From Ranitomeya imitator (Eukaryota): DNA of 64,000 bases. The notes beneath the pieces were generated by a model that made no database searches, was not told where the DNA came from, and saw only the letters and a list, made by a program, of their open reading frames with translations. This document shows positions 26,115 through 41,039 of the stretch, piece by piece (the stretch's first letter is position 1; every line of letters starts with the position of its first letter). The stretch is from NCBI RefSeq assembly GCF_032444005.1, contig NC_091287.1, positions 25,172,001-25,236,000 of the forward strand, read 5' to 3'. The position numbers and the translations under genes are program-made.

Positions 26115-27813
26115 ACTTAGTCTATCCCATCTTACCCGCTATCTCTCAGATAACTCTCTTCTCGACCCTCTTCAGTCTGGCTTCCGCTCTTTACACTCTA
26201 CTGAAACTGCCCTCATTAAAGTCTCTAATGACCTACTAACAGCTAAATCTAATGGTCACTACTCTATGCTAATTCTCTTGGATCTCTCCGCAGCATTCGA
26301 CACTGTGGATCATCAGCTCCTCCTCACTATGCTCCGCTCCATCGGCCTCAAGGACACCGTTCTCTCCTGGTTCTCCTCCTATCTCTCTGACCGATCCTTC
26401 ACTGTATGTTTTGCTGGTTCCTCCTCCTCTCACCTTCCCCTTACTGTTGGGGTTCCTCAAGGATCAGTCCTAGGTCCCCTCCTCTTCTCGTTGTATACTG
26501 CCCCTATTGGACAAACAATCAGTAGATTTGGTTTCCAGTACCATCTCTATGCTGACGACACCCAATTATACACCTCTTCTCCTGTTATCACGCCGACCTT
26601 TTTAGTAAACACCAGTGATTGTCTTACCGCTGTCTCTAACATCATGTCCTCCCTCTATCTGAAACTGAACCTGTCAAAAACTGAACTCCTCATGTTCTCT
26701 CCCTCTACTAACCTACCTTTGCCTGACATTGCCATCTCTGTGTGTGTTTTTCCACCATTTCTCCCCAGCAACATGCTGGCTGCCTTGGGGTCATCCTTGA
26801 TTCTGACCTTTCATTCACCCCCTACATCCGATCACTGGCTCGCTCTTCTTACCTGCATCTCAAAAACATTTCTAGAATTCGCCCTTTTCTTACTTTCGAT
26901 TCTGCAAAAACTCTGACTGTTTCACTTATTCATTCTCGTCTGGACTATTGTAACTCTCTACTAATCGGCCTCCCTCTTACCAAACTTTCCCCGCTCCAAT
27001 CTGTCCTGAATGCTGCTGCCAGGATCATATTCCTCACCAACCGTTACACCGATGCCTCTACCTTGTGCCAGTCATTACACTGGCTACCCATCCACTCCAG
27101 AATCCAGTACAAAACTACTACCCTCATCCACAAAGCACTCCATGGCTCAGCACCACCCTACATCTCCTCTCTGGTCTCTGTCTACCACCCTACCCGTGCC
27201 CTCCGCTCCGCTAATGACCTCAGGTTAGCATCCTCAGTAATCAGAACCTCCCACTCCCGTCTCCAAGACTTTACACGTGCTGCGCCAATTCTTTGGAATG
27301 CACTACCCAGGTTAATACGATTAATCCCTAATCCACACAGTTTTAAGCGTGCCCTAAAAACTCATTTGTTCAGACTGGCCTACCGCCTCAACGCATTAAC
27401 CTAACTATCCCTGTGTGGCCCATTCAGAAAAAAAAACAAAAAACAAAACTATAATCAGGTTCCTCGCATCATGTTCTCATACACTTTATGCAGTTAATAG
27501 CCCTCCGTGTCTGTACTGCTACATACTTAGGCAGTTAACTGGTTCATGCAGCTTTACATGAACACCCGAGCCTTACACTATGGCTCGTCCGAATAACTAA
27601 AGCAATTGTTATCATCCACCTCTCGTGTCTCCCCTTTTCCTCATAGTTTGTAGCTTGCGAGCAGCAGGGCCCTCATTCCTCCTGGTATCTGTTTTGAACT
27701 GTATTTCTGTTATGCTGTAATGTCTATTGTCTGTACAAGTCCCCTCTATAATTTGCAAAGCGCTGCGGAATATGTTGGCGCTATATAAATAAAATTATTA
27801 TTATTATTATTAT
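26115..27813 (+). mobile_element. 5'-truncated L2 LINE (RT C-terminal half, frameshifted)
   Basis: [31 protein letters not shown]; ORFs 26266-26916 and 26742-27404; L2 stem-loop and (ATT)n tail. Confidence 0.93.
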
Positions 27814-27912
27814 GTTTGGATGTGACGGTCAGTTTTTTGACATTTGTAATAGAGACCCCCACCTGGGTAATTGTGAAGAAACCGGATTATATCTTAATTA
27901 CCTAGCCTGTAA

Positions 27913-28250
27913 GGCTGGGTTCACATCGTGTTGAACCCGCCTGTCTAACGGACTACGTTACACGGACATAACGTGGTGTAAATGTAGACCGTTAATGCCG
28001 CCATTGAATTCAATGTCAGACGCATCGCTAGCGCACGCCCACAATGGGCGTGCGCTACCGATGTGCCGTCATTGAGTGATGGACCCCGAGATGCGGGCTG
28101 CAGTGTTTCCGGGTCCGTCACCACTAGCGCAGATAGAGCTAGCAGATGCTCTATCTGCGCTAGCGTGCTGCCATACCGGCACTTGCGTTTACAGCAGCCC
28201 GTTACCGTATGTGTTGAACGGGCTGCTGTAAACGCAATGTGAACCCAGCC
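27913..28250. mobile_element. PIF/Harbinger-type MITE
   Basis: TAA|ggctgggttcacat ... atgtgaacccagcc|TAA. Confidence 0.9.
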
Positions 28251-28489
28251 TAATCGTGACTTGTAAGCTGATATTTTATATATAACATAGTGTGCGCTTA
28301 TCTTTCTTGACTAGTGATGTTTGCTGATATGCTAATTATACATTGTATTATGGAGCCAGTTTGCTGACTTCACAGAGAGGGAAAAACTATGGAAATAGAT
28401 TAAATAATCAAGTAATGCTACTTCATCTCATCACCATTGTTCCCTTTATCTTGATGCTGGACTGAAAGACACTGGGTAATCTAAAAATA

Positions 28490-29191
28490 TGTCACATGCC
28501 TCTGTATAAAGAGACTCAGGGACAGAGAGATGGGGAGAGACAGCCAGAGATTCTGCCAAGACATATACATCCAAAAGACCAGAGACAGGACAGCAGCCAA
28601 TATCAGGGCACCATCACGAGGGACACGGATCTATCATTCTACAGGAAACAACCTAGGGGTTTTTGGCTCTGGTTGGAAGGACACAGATCTGTTCCATTGA
28701 CCATCGCTGGACCATGGATACATTTGGAGACAGCCAGGATTGGGACCCGCTTATCGCCTGGCTCCATGGAGATGTTCGGATAAGCCAGGTTGTGATTCTC
28801 GTGTCAGCTGACCTTTTGCCTTGGATGGACTCAATGGACTGTCATCTTCCTGCGCTTGTCGTTACCTCCTCAATGTGTCTGTACCACAGGTGGGGTAGCT
28901 GACCCTGGGAGCTCTGACATAACATCTGTCTTTATCCTGGCTGGTCAGCGGAAGGGTGAGACTCTGTAATATGCACCAGCTTGGGGAATTTTGCTGGGAC
29001 TGTTCTATGTGTTATCTGCCTTTTTTTTGGTTCAATAAAGTATTGCTACACTGTTTTACTCTCATCCTCTGTTGTCTGAGTAGCGTTTGCCCACATTAAA
29101 GGGAGAGCGGGCATTCGGCGGAACGATCCCTCGTCTATACGATTCTGGCTAGCCTGGGACCTGGACGCTCACCGATCCCCGTGTCTCGATA
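28490..29191 (+). mobile_element. Degraded LTR-like sequence
   Basis: Starts tgtcaca; AATAAA at ~29034; U5-like end; no TSD found. Confidence 0.35.
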
Positions 29192-29376
29192 GTAATGGAT
29201 TCCATTGATCTCTATGGAAAATGGCTAAAAAGGTGTGGCCAACTCTTGCATTGCCAGCAATCTCTCCTTATCACTTATGCCGAATAGTTAACCCCATCTA
29301 TGGGACTCATAAAGAACTTTAAAATGGGGAGGTAAAAAAATTCCGCCAAGTTTTCAAAAATTATGTGCCTAATTTA

Positions 29377-29912
29377 GGCTAGGTTCACATTAGCGTTTCT
29401 GTGCACAACGTTTCATCTGCATGTGCAAACGCTTGCCAAAACGCATGCCAAAGCATGCGTACGCCTGCACATAATCTTGCGCATGACGCAAACAAAAACG
29501 CTGTGTGTGCATGCGTTTAATGCATTTTGGCATGTGCTTGCGTTTTTTATGCACATGGTGGAGGCGGTGTCATCATTTTCCGGACATGCGCAGTCTAAAG
29601 TACGCATGCGTATCGAACGCATGTGTACGTATGTCCTTGCGTATCAATGTGTTTCCATAGACAGTAATACGTTTTTTTACGCAATCATCCCCATGCGGAC
29701 GATTGAGCAATACTTGGCACCTCAAAAATGCAACATGTTGCGTTCGCAGGACAACGCCGCACATAGCGAAACGACGCATGCGTACGCATCGGCATGCGAA
29801 CGCATGCGAAAACATGTCCCTGTGTACACAATGTTAAAGATATGTACGCATGGCGCATGCAGATGTATGCGGATCATACGCTGCACACAGACACGCTAAT
29901 GTGAACCGGGCC
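29377..29912. mobile_element. PIF/Harbinger-type MITE
   Basis: TTA|ggctaggttcacattagcgt ... acgctaatgtgaaccgggcc; GCATGCG-rich interior. Confidence 0.85.
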
Positions 29913-30739
29913 AAAGAATATAAAAAAAAATACCCTGATTCTTGACTGGATGCCAACATCCAGCGTATAACATAAATGCCCCCCTTTGCTCTGATCTGTG
30001 AAATTTAGTTGTGTAAAAGTTTTAATCTTTTCAGTTTCAACATTTTTATCGTGCAATAAATCTTGCGTAGTTTTACAATTTGAGGAAACCCTTGACTTCA
30101 TTAGTGATAATCTGAATAACCTTTAAATTTGCATTGCTTTTCGTATTGTTAAGCTGTTTTCCCATCCCTGAGAATGAAATGTTCATAAAGTAAATGTCAG
30201 AAAGAAAATTAATATGTTTAGAAATTAAAAAGTGCTGACATTGAGGAGGTATGGCTGCTCAATAAAAACCCGACATAACTTTTTATAGGACTGAGCGGAG
30301 GGAGATGTTTCATGCGGCCAAATTTTAAAATAGATCTAGATGATTTAGAAATTGTATCCATGGCGCTAAATATATGGCTGGGGATAAAAATATAGATATT
30401 TTTGGGTTAAGCAGGTGAGATTTTAAAGGGGTTGTCCCCAGACAGAAGTATAATTTTTTCAGTTAGATATTAAAAATTAACAATATTTTCCCTTTGCATG
30501 ACATTAAAATAATGATAGAGTGAAGAGTTATAAGCTTATGACATTTTTTTGTTGGAAGTTATCACTTTTATTTGCATAGTATGCCGCCACCTGGTGTTCA
30601 CCATGTATAGCAGTGTGCACATCCACCTGCTGGGCTGAACGCTCTTGGTCATACTTGCTCAGTCACAGTGATCACAGCCAGTTCTCTGCACAGGGACCTG
30701 TTCACTGCACATCAGACAATTGAAATACAAACACACTTC

Positions 30740-31355
30740 CGAAAAGTTTTTGGAGACATTCATTTTGAGAATGATGGCAGCAACACATCTCCAAAAATTG
30801 CTGTAGGGTCAACAAAAGGCTGGAAAAGTAAATGGCACTAATGAAAAACAGCTGGAGGGTCAATTTTCAACAAAAGTCACATGATTATACATATATAAAA
30901 AGAACATATTAGAGAGGCAGAGTCTCTCAGTAGCAAAGATGGTCAGAGGTCACCAATCTGTGAACAACTGCGTCTAAAAATTGTGGAACAGTTTCAGAAA
31001 AAATGTCAATGTCAAACTGCAAATACTTTGAATATTCCACCATCTTTAGTAAATAATATGATGAAAAGATTCAGAGATTCTAGAGAAATCCATGTGAACA
31101 GTTACAAGATCGACAGTCAATATTAGATTATATCTGGGCCCTCAGGTGGCATTGCATTAAATACAGGCATGATTTCGTCATGCAAATCACCGTTGGGGCT
31201 CAGGAAAACTACCAGAATTTATTGTTGGTGAACACAGTTCTCAGTGCAATAAACAAATGCAAAATAAAGCTCGATGATGTAGAGAAGAGGCCATGTATCC
31301 GCACGATCCAGAAACGTTGGCATCTTCTCTGGGCCAAAGCTCATTTACAGAGGTG
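30740..31355 (+). pseudogene. Degraded Tc1 transposon fragment (transposase N-terminus)
   Basis: From ~30939 reads MVRGxPICEQLRLKIVEQFQK...KRFRDS...WAQENYQ...LLWAKAHL with frameshifts; Tc1 paired-like HTH region. Confidence 0.7.
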
Positions 31356-32101
31356 TAAGAAGATGGAAGTTTTGCCTATGTTTCCCTTTGAAGATGTGTA
31401 TTAATGGGATGAGATGTCAGGAAGTCAGATAGGGCCCAGCATGCGGTAGGAGCAGACCTATGGACTGACTAGCTAGTAGAACCACATGAAGTGGGTGTCC
31501 CTGAGGTGGGAGGAGACAGAAGCAACAGATAGCGAGATCCAGAGTAGAGACGAGGAAAAGCGACAGGGGAAGTGAACCATTAATCAGAGACGGAATCTGA
31601 TGCGGGAGGACTAGCGGGACGGTCCAGAGTTCACAAGTCAAACAGGAAATGGGAAGCATTAGAGCAGGGAACACGTGACGAAGAGATTGCTCTAGGTACA
31701 GTTTGCTTTTAATGTGGTCTTTCTTTTTATACTCTTAATACATTCAGGAGGCCATAATGGCACAACATGAATAAAATAAGTAGAGTAGGACTGCCCCATT
31801 ATGAGAATGTCGTGAAGTGGCGGGGTAGCTCAAAGAATTGATCAATTGTTTGCTAAATGTCTCATATTTGAAATACAGTTAGAATGTATTATGTGCATGT
31901 GCACTTCAGTTATTGCGTTCTGACCATAAGCAGTGCTGGCTTCTCCCCTTTTTTTTATTAGAGCAGGGAACACGAGACGAAGTGATTGCCCCAGGCAGTA
32001 GTTTCAAGTTGTTAGCAAGCAAAGAAACTAAGTAAAGGCCATATTGGCAAAGTAGCTCCCCTAAGGCAAAAAAGGATGTGGAAATACAGGACTCTCACTT
32101 A

Positions 32102-32346
32102 GGCTAAGTTCACACTTGCATGTGGCTGGACTGCGTACTTCCTCCCTTAAGCTCTGCCTAAGATCCGCCTACTTCCGCAGGCATCCTGCGTACCTATCTT
32201 TAACATTGGGTACGCAGGGACATGCGTTGTATGCAGATGTATCCGCATGCATCGTTTTGACGTGCCCTCCGACCGCATGGGAATGCTTTAAGGGAGGAAT
32301 AATGCAGCCATACGCAGACCAGCCACACGCAAGTGTGAAACCAGCC
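32102..32346. mobile_element. PIF/Harbinger-type MITE
   Basis: TTA|ggctaagttcacacttgc ... gcaagtgtgaaaccagcc|TTA. Confidence 0.87.
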
Positions 32347-32769
32347 TTACTGAACTGGACCTCCATTTTCATGCAGTGTGCTGGAGCATGAAACACGAGT
32401 ACACCGCCCACAGCTACTGCCCCCCACCGTGCTATAGAGGCAAAATGGAAAACTGTTCTGTGGTTTGCGGAATCAAAAGTTGAAATTCTTTATGGAAACC
32501 ATGGATGCTGTGTCCTGTGTACTCAAGAAGAGAGGGACCAAAGATCTTGTTATCAGCACACAGTTCCTGTATCTCTGATGGTTGGGACTGCATTAGTCCC
32601 TATGGCAGAGACAGTTTACACATGAAAGGCACCACCAGTGCTGAGCATTATTCTCCCATCCCATTTCAGGGAAGACCTTGCATATTTCCTCAAGACAATG
32701 GTAACCACATACCGCCTCCATCACAAGCAGTAACTGTGAAAAGTGGACTATAGTTTATAGCCCAGGGCT

Positions 32770-33680
32770 AATATAATAATAATAATCTTTATTTATATAG
32801 CGCCAACATATTCCGCAGCGCTTTACAGTTTCAAACACAACAGTCATAAGTAACAACATTAACAATACAATAATTAAAGCACAATAAGCCGCCCCTGCTC
32901 GTGAGAGCTTACAATCTACAATGAGGTGGGGGAGATACAAAGTACAGGTGTGTATTTACAATGATGTATTTACAATGGTGGTCCAGCCATCTTCAGGGGG
33001 TGGGGGATAGATGGAGATAGTGAATGGGCTACAAAACACACACAAACATAGAATGACTTTGATTAGTTAACATGGTAGGCCGCTCTGAACAAATGTGTTT
33101 TGAGCAAGCGCCATAAACTATGCAAATTGTGGATGGTCCTAATATCTTGGGGTAGAGCATTCCAGAGGATTGGCGCAGCACGGGAGAAGTCTTGGAGTCG
33201 GGAGTGGGAGGTACGGATTAGTGCAGAGGTTATTTGAACGTAATTTGCAGAGCGCGGCGGTCGGTTAGGCCGATAGACTGAAATGAGGGAGGAGATGTAA
33301 GGGGGGCCGCACTGTGAAGAGCATTGTGGGTGAGAACAAGTACTTTGAATTGTATCCTGTAATAAATAGGCAACCAGTGTAATGACTGGCAAAGAGCGGA
33401 CGCATTTGAGTAACGATTAGTTAGATGGACGACCCTGGCTGCTGCATTAAGGATGGACTGGAAAGGGGAAAGTTGAGTGAGGGGGAGGCCAATTAATAGA
33501 GCAGTAGTCCAGGCGGGAGTGGATCAGGGCGACAGTGAGCGTTTTTGTTGTTTCCATGGTGAGAAAAGGGCAGATTCTAGAGATGTTCTTTAGGTGTAAG
33601 CGGCACGAGCGGGCAAGAGATTGTATATGGGAGGTGAAGGACAGATTGGAGTCAAACAGAACACCGCATCAAACAGCGCG
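32770..33680 (-). mobile_element. L2 LINE 3' fragment
   Basis: Minus-strand SHSRLQDFSRAAPILWNALP...LKTHLF; L2 3' UTR and (ATT)n tail at 32770. Confidence 0.9.
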
Positions 33681-33880
33681 CCAGTTAATATAATATCTTA
33701 AGGGGATTTTTCAGACTTAGGATGGTGATGACCAATCCTAAGCTGAAGGTCATGATAAGCAACATATCAGAGATTGATTTGTTACTTGGAAAAGCTAAGA
33801 ACAGTAGAGCTGGATATGCAGGACGGCAAGTTGATCAGTAGAGGGGAAGTACTTGGCACAGCATGTGTGGAAAGAACAGG

Positions 33881-34139
33881 AATAATAATAATCTAATATA
33901 ATAAATAATATAATTTATTATAGCGCTAACATATTCCGCAGCGCTTTACACACATTATCATCGCTGTCCCCGATGGGGCACAATCTAAATTCCCTATCAG
34001 TATGTCTTTGAAATGTGTGAGGAAACCGGAGTACCCCCACGCAAACATGGAGAGAACATACAAACTCTTTGCAGATGTTGTTCTTGGTGGGGTTTGAACC
34101 CAGGACTCCAGCGCTGCAAGGCTGACCACTGCGCCACCG
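33881..34139 (-). mobile_element. tRNA-derived V-SINE-like element with L2-type tail
   Basis: Minus strand: A-box-like GGTGGCGCAGTGG, B-box-like GGTTCAAACC, V-domain-like GAGTTTGTATGTTCTC...GGTACTCCGGTTTCCTC, tail AAAGCGCTGCGGAATATGTTAGCGCTATA. Confidence 0.8.
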
Positions 34140-34591
34140 AATAGCAGACTTATGTCAGCAATCTGGCACCTAGTTGCAGGAGCTCAGAAGCACACAGGAA
34201 TAGCAGAGATGAGTAGGTGGTAAGGGAACTCCTTGATAGCAGATTTGAGAGTGTAGACAGCACCAGGAATAGCGGACCTGAGCTGGCACGAGAAGTTGAT
34301 GCAGGTGCATGAGCTGCTCTTAAAAAGCCTTGGATGATGACATCAGAGGTGTATGCTGGATTACCACAGCACAGAGGAAGGCAGACATATAGGAAGGAGG
34401 CAAAGCCTGGAGCTGAATAAAAAGTAGTCATTTCATTATATATAGCTTTAAATGGTAACAAAAAAAAGTACAAAAAAAAGAAGCCATTACCTGGCTATAT
34501 CAACGGAGAAACAAAACAGTTACATCTCTTGGAATGTGTTGAGGTAAAATATGAAAAAAAAATCTTGTTCGTCAACAACAAAAGCAGAATA

Positions 34592-36221
<1,630 letters not shown>

Positions 36222-36372
36222 TAGTCCTTGGGATTAAAGGATGATTCCCATTTTAAAAAATCTGTGATTGATTCACAAAATAAGTGATCTTGCTGATCAC
36301 TTGGATGGAGAACAGGGTTTTGAAATTCTTAATTTTAAGGGAGCGCTCCAATACTCCACAGATAGTCTACAG

Positions 36373-36555
36373 CAGAGGTGTCAAACTGCATTCCTCGAGG
36401 GCTGCAAACAGGTCATGTTTTCAGGATTTCCTTGGGTTGCACAGGTGATAGTTTAATCACCTGCACAGAATGATTCCATCACCTGTGCAATACTAAGGAA
36501 ATCCTAAAAACATGACCTGTTTGCAGCCCTCGAGGAATGCAGTTTGACACCTCTG
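36373..36555. mobile_element. hAT-type palindromic MITE
   Basis: ~55-bp TIR cagaggtgtcaaactgcattcctcgaggg...; perfect 8-bp TSD GTCTACAG. Confidence 0.93.
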
Positions 36556-37452
36556 GTCTACAGGACCGCCGGAGGTTGCTGAGAAATGTCTTCTGCTCCA
36601 TTCCAGTGGAGCATTTTTGGAACCCTGTTTGAGAATTGATAGGACAACCAACTATCTACAGATTATCACCTAAATTTCGAGGATGGGAATAACTCTTTAA
36701 GGTCACTGTATATTGGACTTCGAAAAACCAAAAATAGATTCCACCAATTTGTTAGTGATTCGTGATTAATCTGTTTTTTTTTCCAGCTTTGCCTCCAGAT
36801 AAAGACATTGTCAATAGTCAATCTACGTTTTTGCCTTTTCTTTCCCCTCCCTCCGCCACTTTGTGCTTCCCGTAACAAGACGATAATCTGCCCACCGCTT
36901 TCTTCTCCGCAAACAAATTCTTTATTATTCGAGAAGTCAAGGTAGCGATATTTAATTGAAGAAGTTAATGCACGATTATATTTGCTCTTTTGTTTGGATA
37001 CCTTGGTGCACTATTAATCTTCAAAAAGCATAATTATGGAAATTTTTAAGACCAATTAGTTTCCTGTAGGCCCCTTCTTTATTATCAGCATGGGATTGTG
37101 CCGTAAATTACATGTCCACTATTTTCCTTCATTCTTTTCAGATAAGAATGGAAATGACATTTTCGCGGTGAGCTTGTCAGGAATAAAGTGGAACATTGTT
37201 TAAAAGCCGCTTTGTTTCCTGTTTTGTTTCGCGACTTGTTATTATGTTTTTTTTTTTACGGAAGAGATTATATTTATTATGTTCATTTTCCTAATTGATG
37301 CGATTCATTCGTGAACTTAAACACCTGAAATAAACCTTTCTCTGGAATCGTATTTTCCCACCCTCGATGCATAATTTTATACAAGGTGCCGGTATAAATA
37401 TAGCATTAGGAACGATGAAAAAAAAAAATTAAAAAGTAAAGAAATTATTTAA

Positions 37453-38494
37453 CCCGTTCGTTTTCTTTGTGCGCTTTAATTATTCATCCAGTTTCTTTTT
37501 TTTAATTAATTCATCGATTTAGCCATAGGAGAGCTTGTTTTTTTGCAAGTTGTAATTTTTGTTTTTATTCATTTTATCATATAATATACTCAAAAATGGG
37601 GAAAAAAATTCAGTGTGGGGTGAAATGGTGAAAAAAAACCACGATTATTTTTACAGCACTCATTATTGCAGTAAAAATGAGTCGCCGTTGTGATTTTTCT
37701 GATCAGCGTGATTGGGGTAGTGCCAAACTTGCATTTTGTTTTTAAGTGTAAAATAAAATTTGCAAAAAATAATTGTTTTATGTCGCTATTATTTTTTTTA
37801 TTTTTCCATTTCGACTTTTTTTTATTTTTCCCCTATGATCGCTTGTTTTTTTTTGCGTGGCCAGTTGACGTACATATAACATTTTCATTGATTATTATTG
37901 GATTTTTTTTAGGAGTAGTGCAGTCACTACAAATCTGGCGTTTTGATTCGTTTTTCATTTGGTGTTTAACATATGTTTTAAATATTGTAATGTTTTGATA
38001 GATAGGAAAAATATCAAATATGCTAATTTTTTTTTTCTCTTTATTTGTAAACCTGTAAAATGTGTGTGATTCAAACATTTATATATTTGAAATTTTTTTT
38101 TTACGTTTTTTTTTTACTATATCTTCATTTCCCCCTTTTGGGGACTTGAACCTGTGATATTGTTTGGAATATATAGTTAAAGTGATTAAGTCCATGAACA
38201 GTCTAGGCTTCAGAGGGGGATCATCATGACAGTAATAGGGACCCGAGTCCAGCCCCGGCTACTATAGTATATCAATACTATGGGGTGATGGGAGATGGTG
38301 CACAAGAATACCAGCAATTAAAATCAAGTAAATGGTTAATCAGCAGTGACTAGCGCTAGCTCCAGTCGCTGCTGTTATAGGCACATGCTTGCTGTGTAAC
38401 ACAGACGACATCTGCCCGTCATGGGGCTTCTGAGTCTGCTCAATATTCCTGCACCCAGACTGTGACGTACAGGTATGTTAGGGTGCTAGAAGGG
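37453..38494 (-). mobile_element. Degraded piggyBac-like non-autonomous element
   Basis: TTAA|CCC ... GGG|TTAA; interior similar to the reverse complement of 46176-47213. Confidence 0.65.
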
Positions 38495-38882
38495 TTAATG
38501 AAGTAGCTGCCAAAATTTGAACCACTTTTGCTCTTGACAAAGGAGTATGCGCATAGGTTCTGCTTTTAACGTCTGTCGTGAGAAAAGAGCCGAGCACAAA
38601 CTCTATGTAACCTATCGTATGGACTACCGCCTTTAATGGAAGCCCTTAAAGTTGACCATTTAGTCCAATCTATGGGTAAATCATGTAACAGAACAGGAGG
38701 TGGAGGTTGAAGCCCCTGCATAATCAGGATCAGTGTCTGACCACCGGTAATCATTGAGTACTGTCATGTCCTAGTGATACGCAATTGCTTATGGAGATGT
38801 GAATTAGACGGGTGGAACAGTACCTCCAGGTGTGACCCAACTTTGTGGAGTTTTCTAAAAATAAATAAATAAATTTTAGATT

Positions 38883-39754
38883 GGATCTGGATAAGTTGGA
38901 AACTTGGGCTGAAAGGTGGCAGATGAGGTTTAACAATGATAAATGTAAGGTTATACACATGGAAAGAAGGAACCAATATCACCATTACACACTGAACGGG
39001 AAACCACTGGGTAAATCTGACAGGGAGAAGGACTTGGGGATCCTAGTTAATGATAAACTTACCTGGAGCAGCCAGTGCCAGGCAGCAGCTGCCAAGGCAA
39101 ACAGGATCATAGGGTGCATTAAAAGAGGTCTGGATACACATGATGAGAGCATTATACTGCCTCTGTACAAATCCCTAGTTAGACCGCACATGGAGTACTG
39201 TGTCCAGTTTTGGGCACCGGTGCTCAGGAAGGATATAATGAAACTAGAGAGAGTACAAAGGAGGGCAACAAAAATAATAAAGGGGATGGGAGAACTACAG
39301 TACCCAGATAGATTAGCGAAATTAGGATTATTTAGTCTAGAAAAAAGACGACTGAGGGGCGATCTAATATCCATGTATAAGTATTTAAGGGGACAATACA
39401 AATATCTCGCTGAGGATCTGTTTATACCAAGGAAGGTGACGGGCACAAGGGGGCATTCTTTGCGTCTGGAGGAGAGAAGGTTTTTCCACCAACATAGAAG
39501 AGGATTCTTTACTGTTAGGGCAGTGAGAATCTGGAATTGCTTGCCTGAGGAGGTGGTGATGGCGAACTCAGTCGAGGGGTTCAAGAGAGGCCTGGATGTC
39601 TTCCTGGAGCAGAACAATATTGTATCATACAATTAGGTTCTGTAGAAGGACGTAGATCTGGGGATTTATTAGGATGGAATATAGGCTGAACTGGATGGAC
39701 AAATGTCTTTTTTCGGCCTTACTAACTATGTTACTATGTTACTATGTTACTATG
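38883..39754 (+). mobile_element. 5'-truncated CR1 LINE (RT C-terminus)
   Basis: ORF 38881-39636 WQMRFNNDKCKV...LEKRRLRGDLI; (ACTATGTT)n tail; TSD TTAGATT. Confidence 0.95.
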
Positions 39755-40645
39755 TTAGATTAGGGATTTATACTGTCCTCCCCTCTCAACTATTCAAGAC
39801 ACTCATCTATTTGCCAGAATACAAAACACATCTATCTCTGGAGGACCCAAACACAATGGACAAGGCGTAATGCCACTTTTCTCCTGCGGAAGTGCTGCAG
39901 GGGATATTTACATTTGCTGTTAGATTGAATAAAAGGTTTCAGCTGAACAATAGAAAATAGGGAATCCTGCAATCAATTTATCACTAAAAGATCCCCTTCA
40001 TACATAAAGTCCAAACCCTTTAAATGGTCTTGAAAAGAAAACTTGACTTTTGTTGCAGCCTGCTTCATCTCAGTTGTTACTGCCTAAAATCACACAGAAA
40101 GCCGTAATTGTGTGTTGTTGGTAAAGAGCTTTCTATGTTCAGGTATGGATCAAAGGCTCTGAGTACGGAGCATTTATCTTACCGTTTTATCAAACATTCA
40201 TTGAGATTAATTCCTAGCATTTACATTTGGGCTCGTGGGGGAGAAGCGTTATTTTTATTATACTGGCACAATGTCGGTTTGATTGCTCCAAATTCCCATC
40301 AGCTGTGCAGCTATTATAGGACTTGAGGGGTTTTTTTTTGCTTGTTTTGCTCTTTTGTACTTCTCATTTTTTGTTCATTTTTGATATTCTCTCATTTTGA
40401 ATGTAAATGATTTTTTACATTACTATATTTTTCTTTACAAACAAATAGGTAAACTGTTTATTTATAATATGATTAAGGTGCTGGTACCTTCATTGTGAGT
40501 ATGAATGCTGACTAACACAGCCGAGTGTATTAACTTTTATTCACCGAGGGATTGGGAATTTGGATCATGTTATTGTGCTAGTTTCATACATCTAAATGTT
40601 ATAGCTTGCAAAAAACTTTGTGTTCTTATGACAGCACTCTTTTTA

Positions 40646-41007
40646 GGCTATGTGCACACTTTGCAGATTCCACTGCGGATTTTTCCGCAGCGGAATTGCA
40701 AAATCCGCAGTGAAAACCCATCGCGGTTTTTACTGCGGATTTATCGCGGTTTTTACTGCGTTTTCTTCTGCGGATTTTCAACTGCAGTTTTCTATTGGAG
40801 CAGCTGAAAATCCGCAGAAAAGAAGTGACATGCTGCGGAATGTAATCCGCAGCGTTTCCGCGCGGATTTTTCTGCAGCATGTGCACAGCGTTTTTTGTTT
40901 CCCATAGGTTTACATTGAAATGTAAACTCATGGGAAACTGCTGCGGATCCGCAGCGGTCAAATCCGCTGCGGATCCGCAGCAAAATCCGCAAAGTGTGAA
41001 TATAGCC
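40646..41007. mobile_element. PIF/Harbinger-type MITE
   Basis: TTA|ggctatgtgcacactttgc ... gcaaagtgtgaatatagcc|TTA. Confidence 0.88.
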
Positions 41008-41039
41008 TTACTGTTCACTGCCTCTGTACAAGAATATGC

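Noticed and set aside
36666-36878. Possible old L1/Tx1 fragments (also ~38566-38754 and ~56400-56615)
   Set aside because: Only vague Trp-spacing similarity; insufficient without a profile search.
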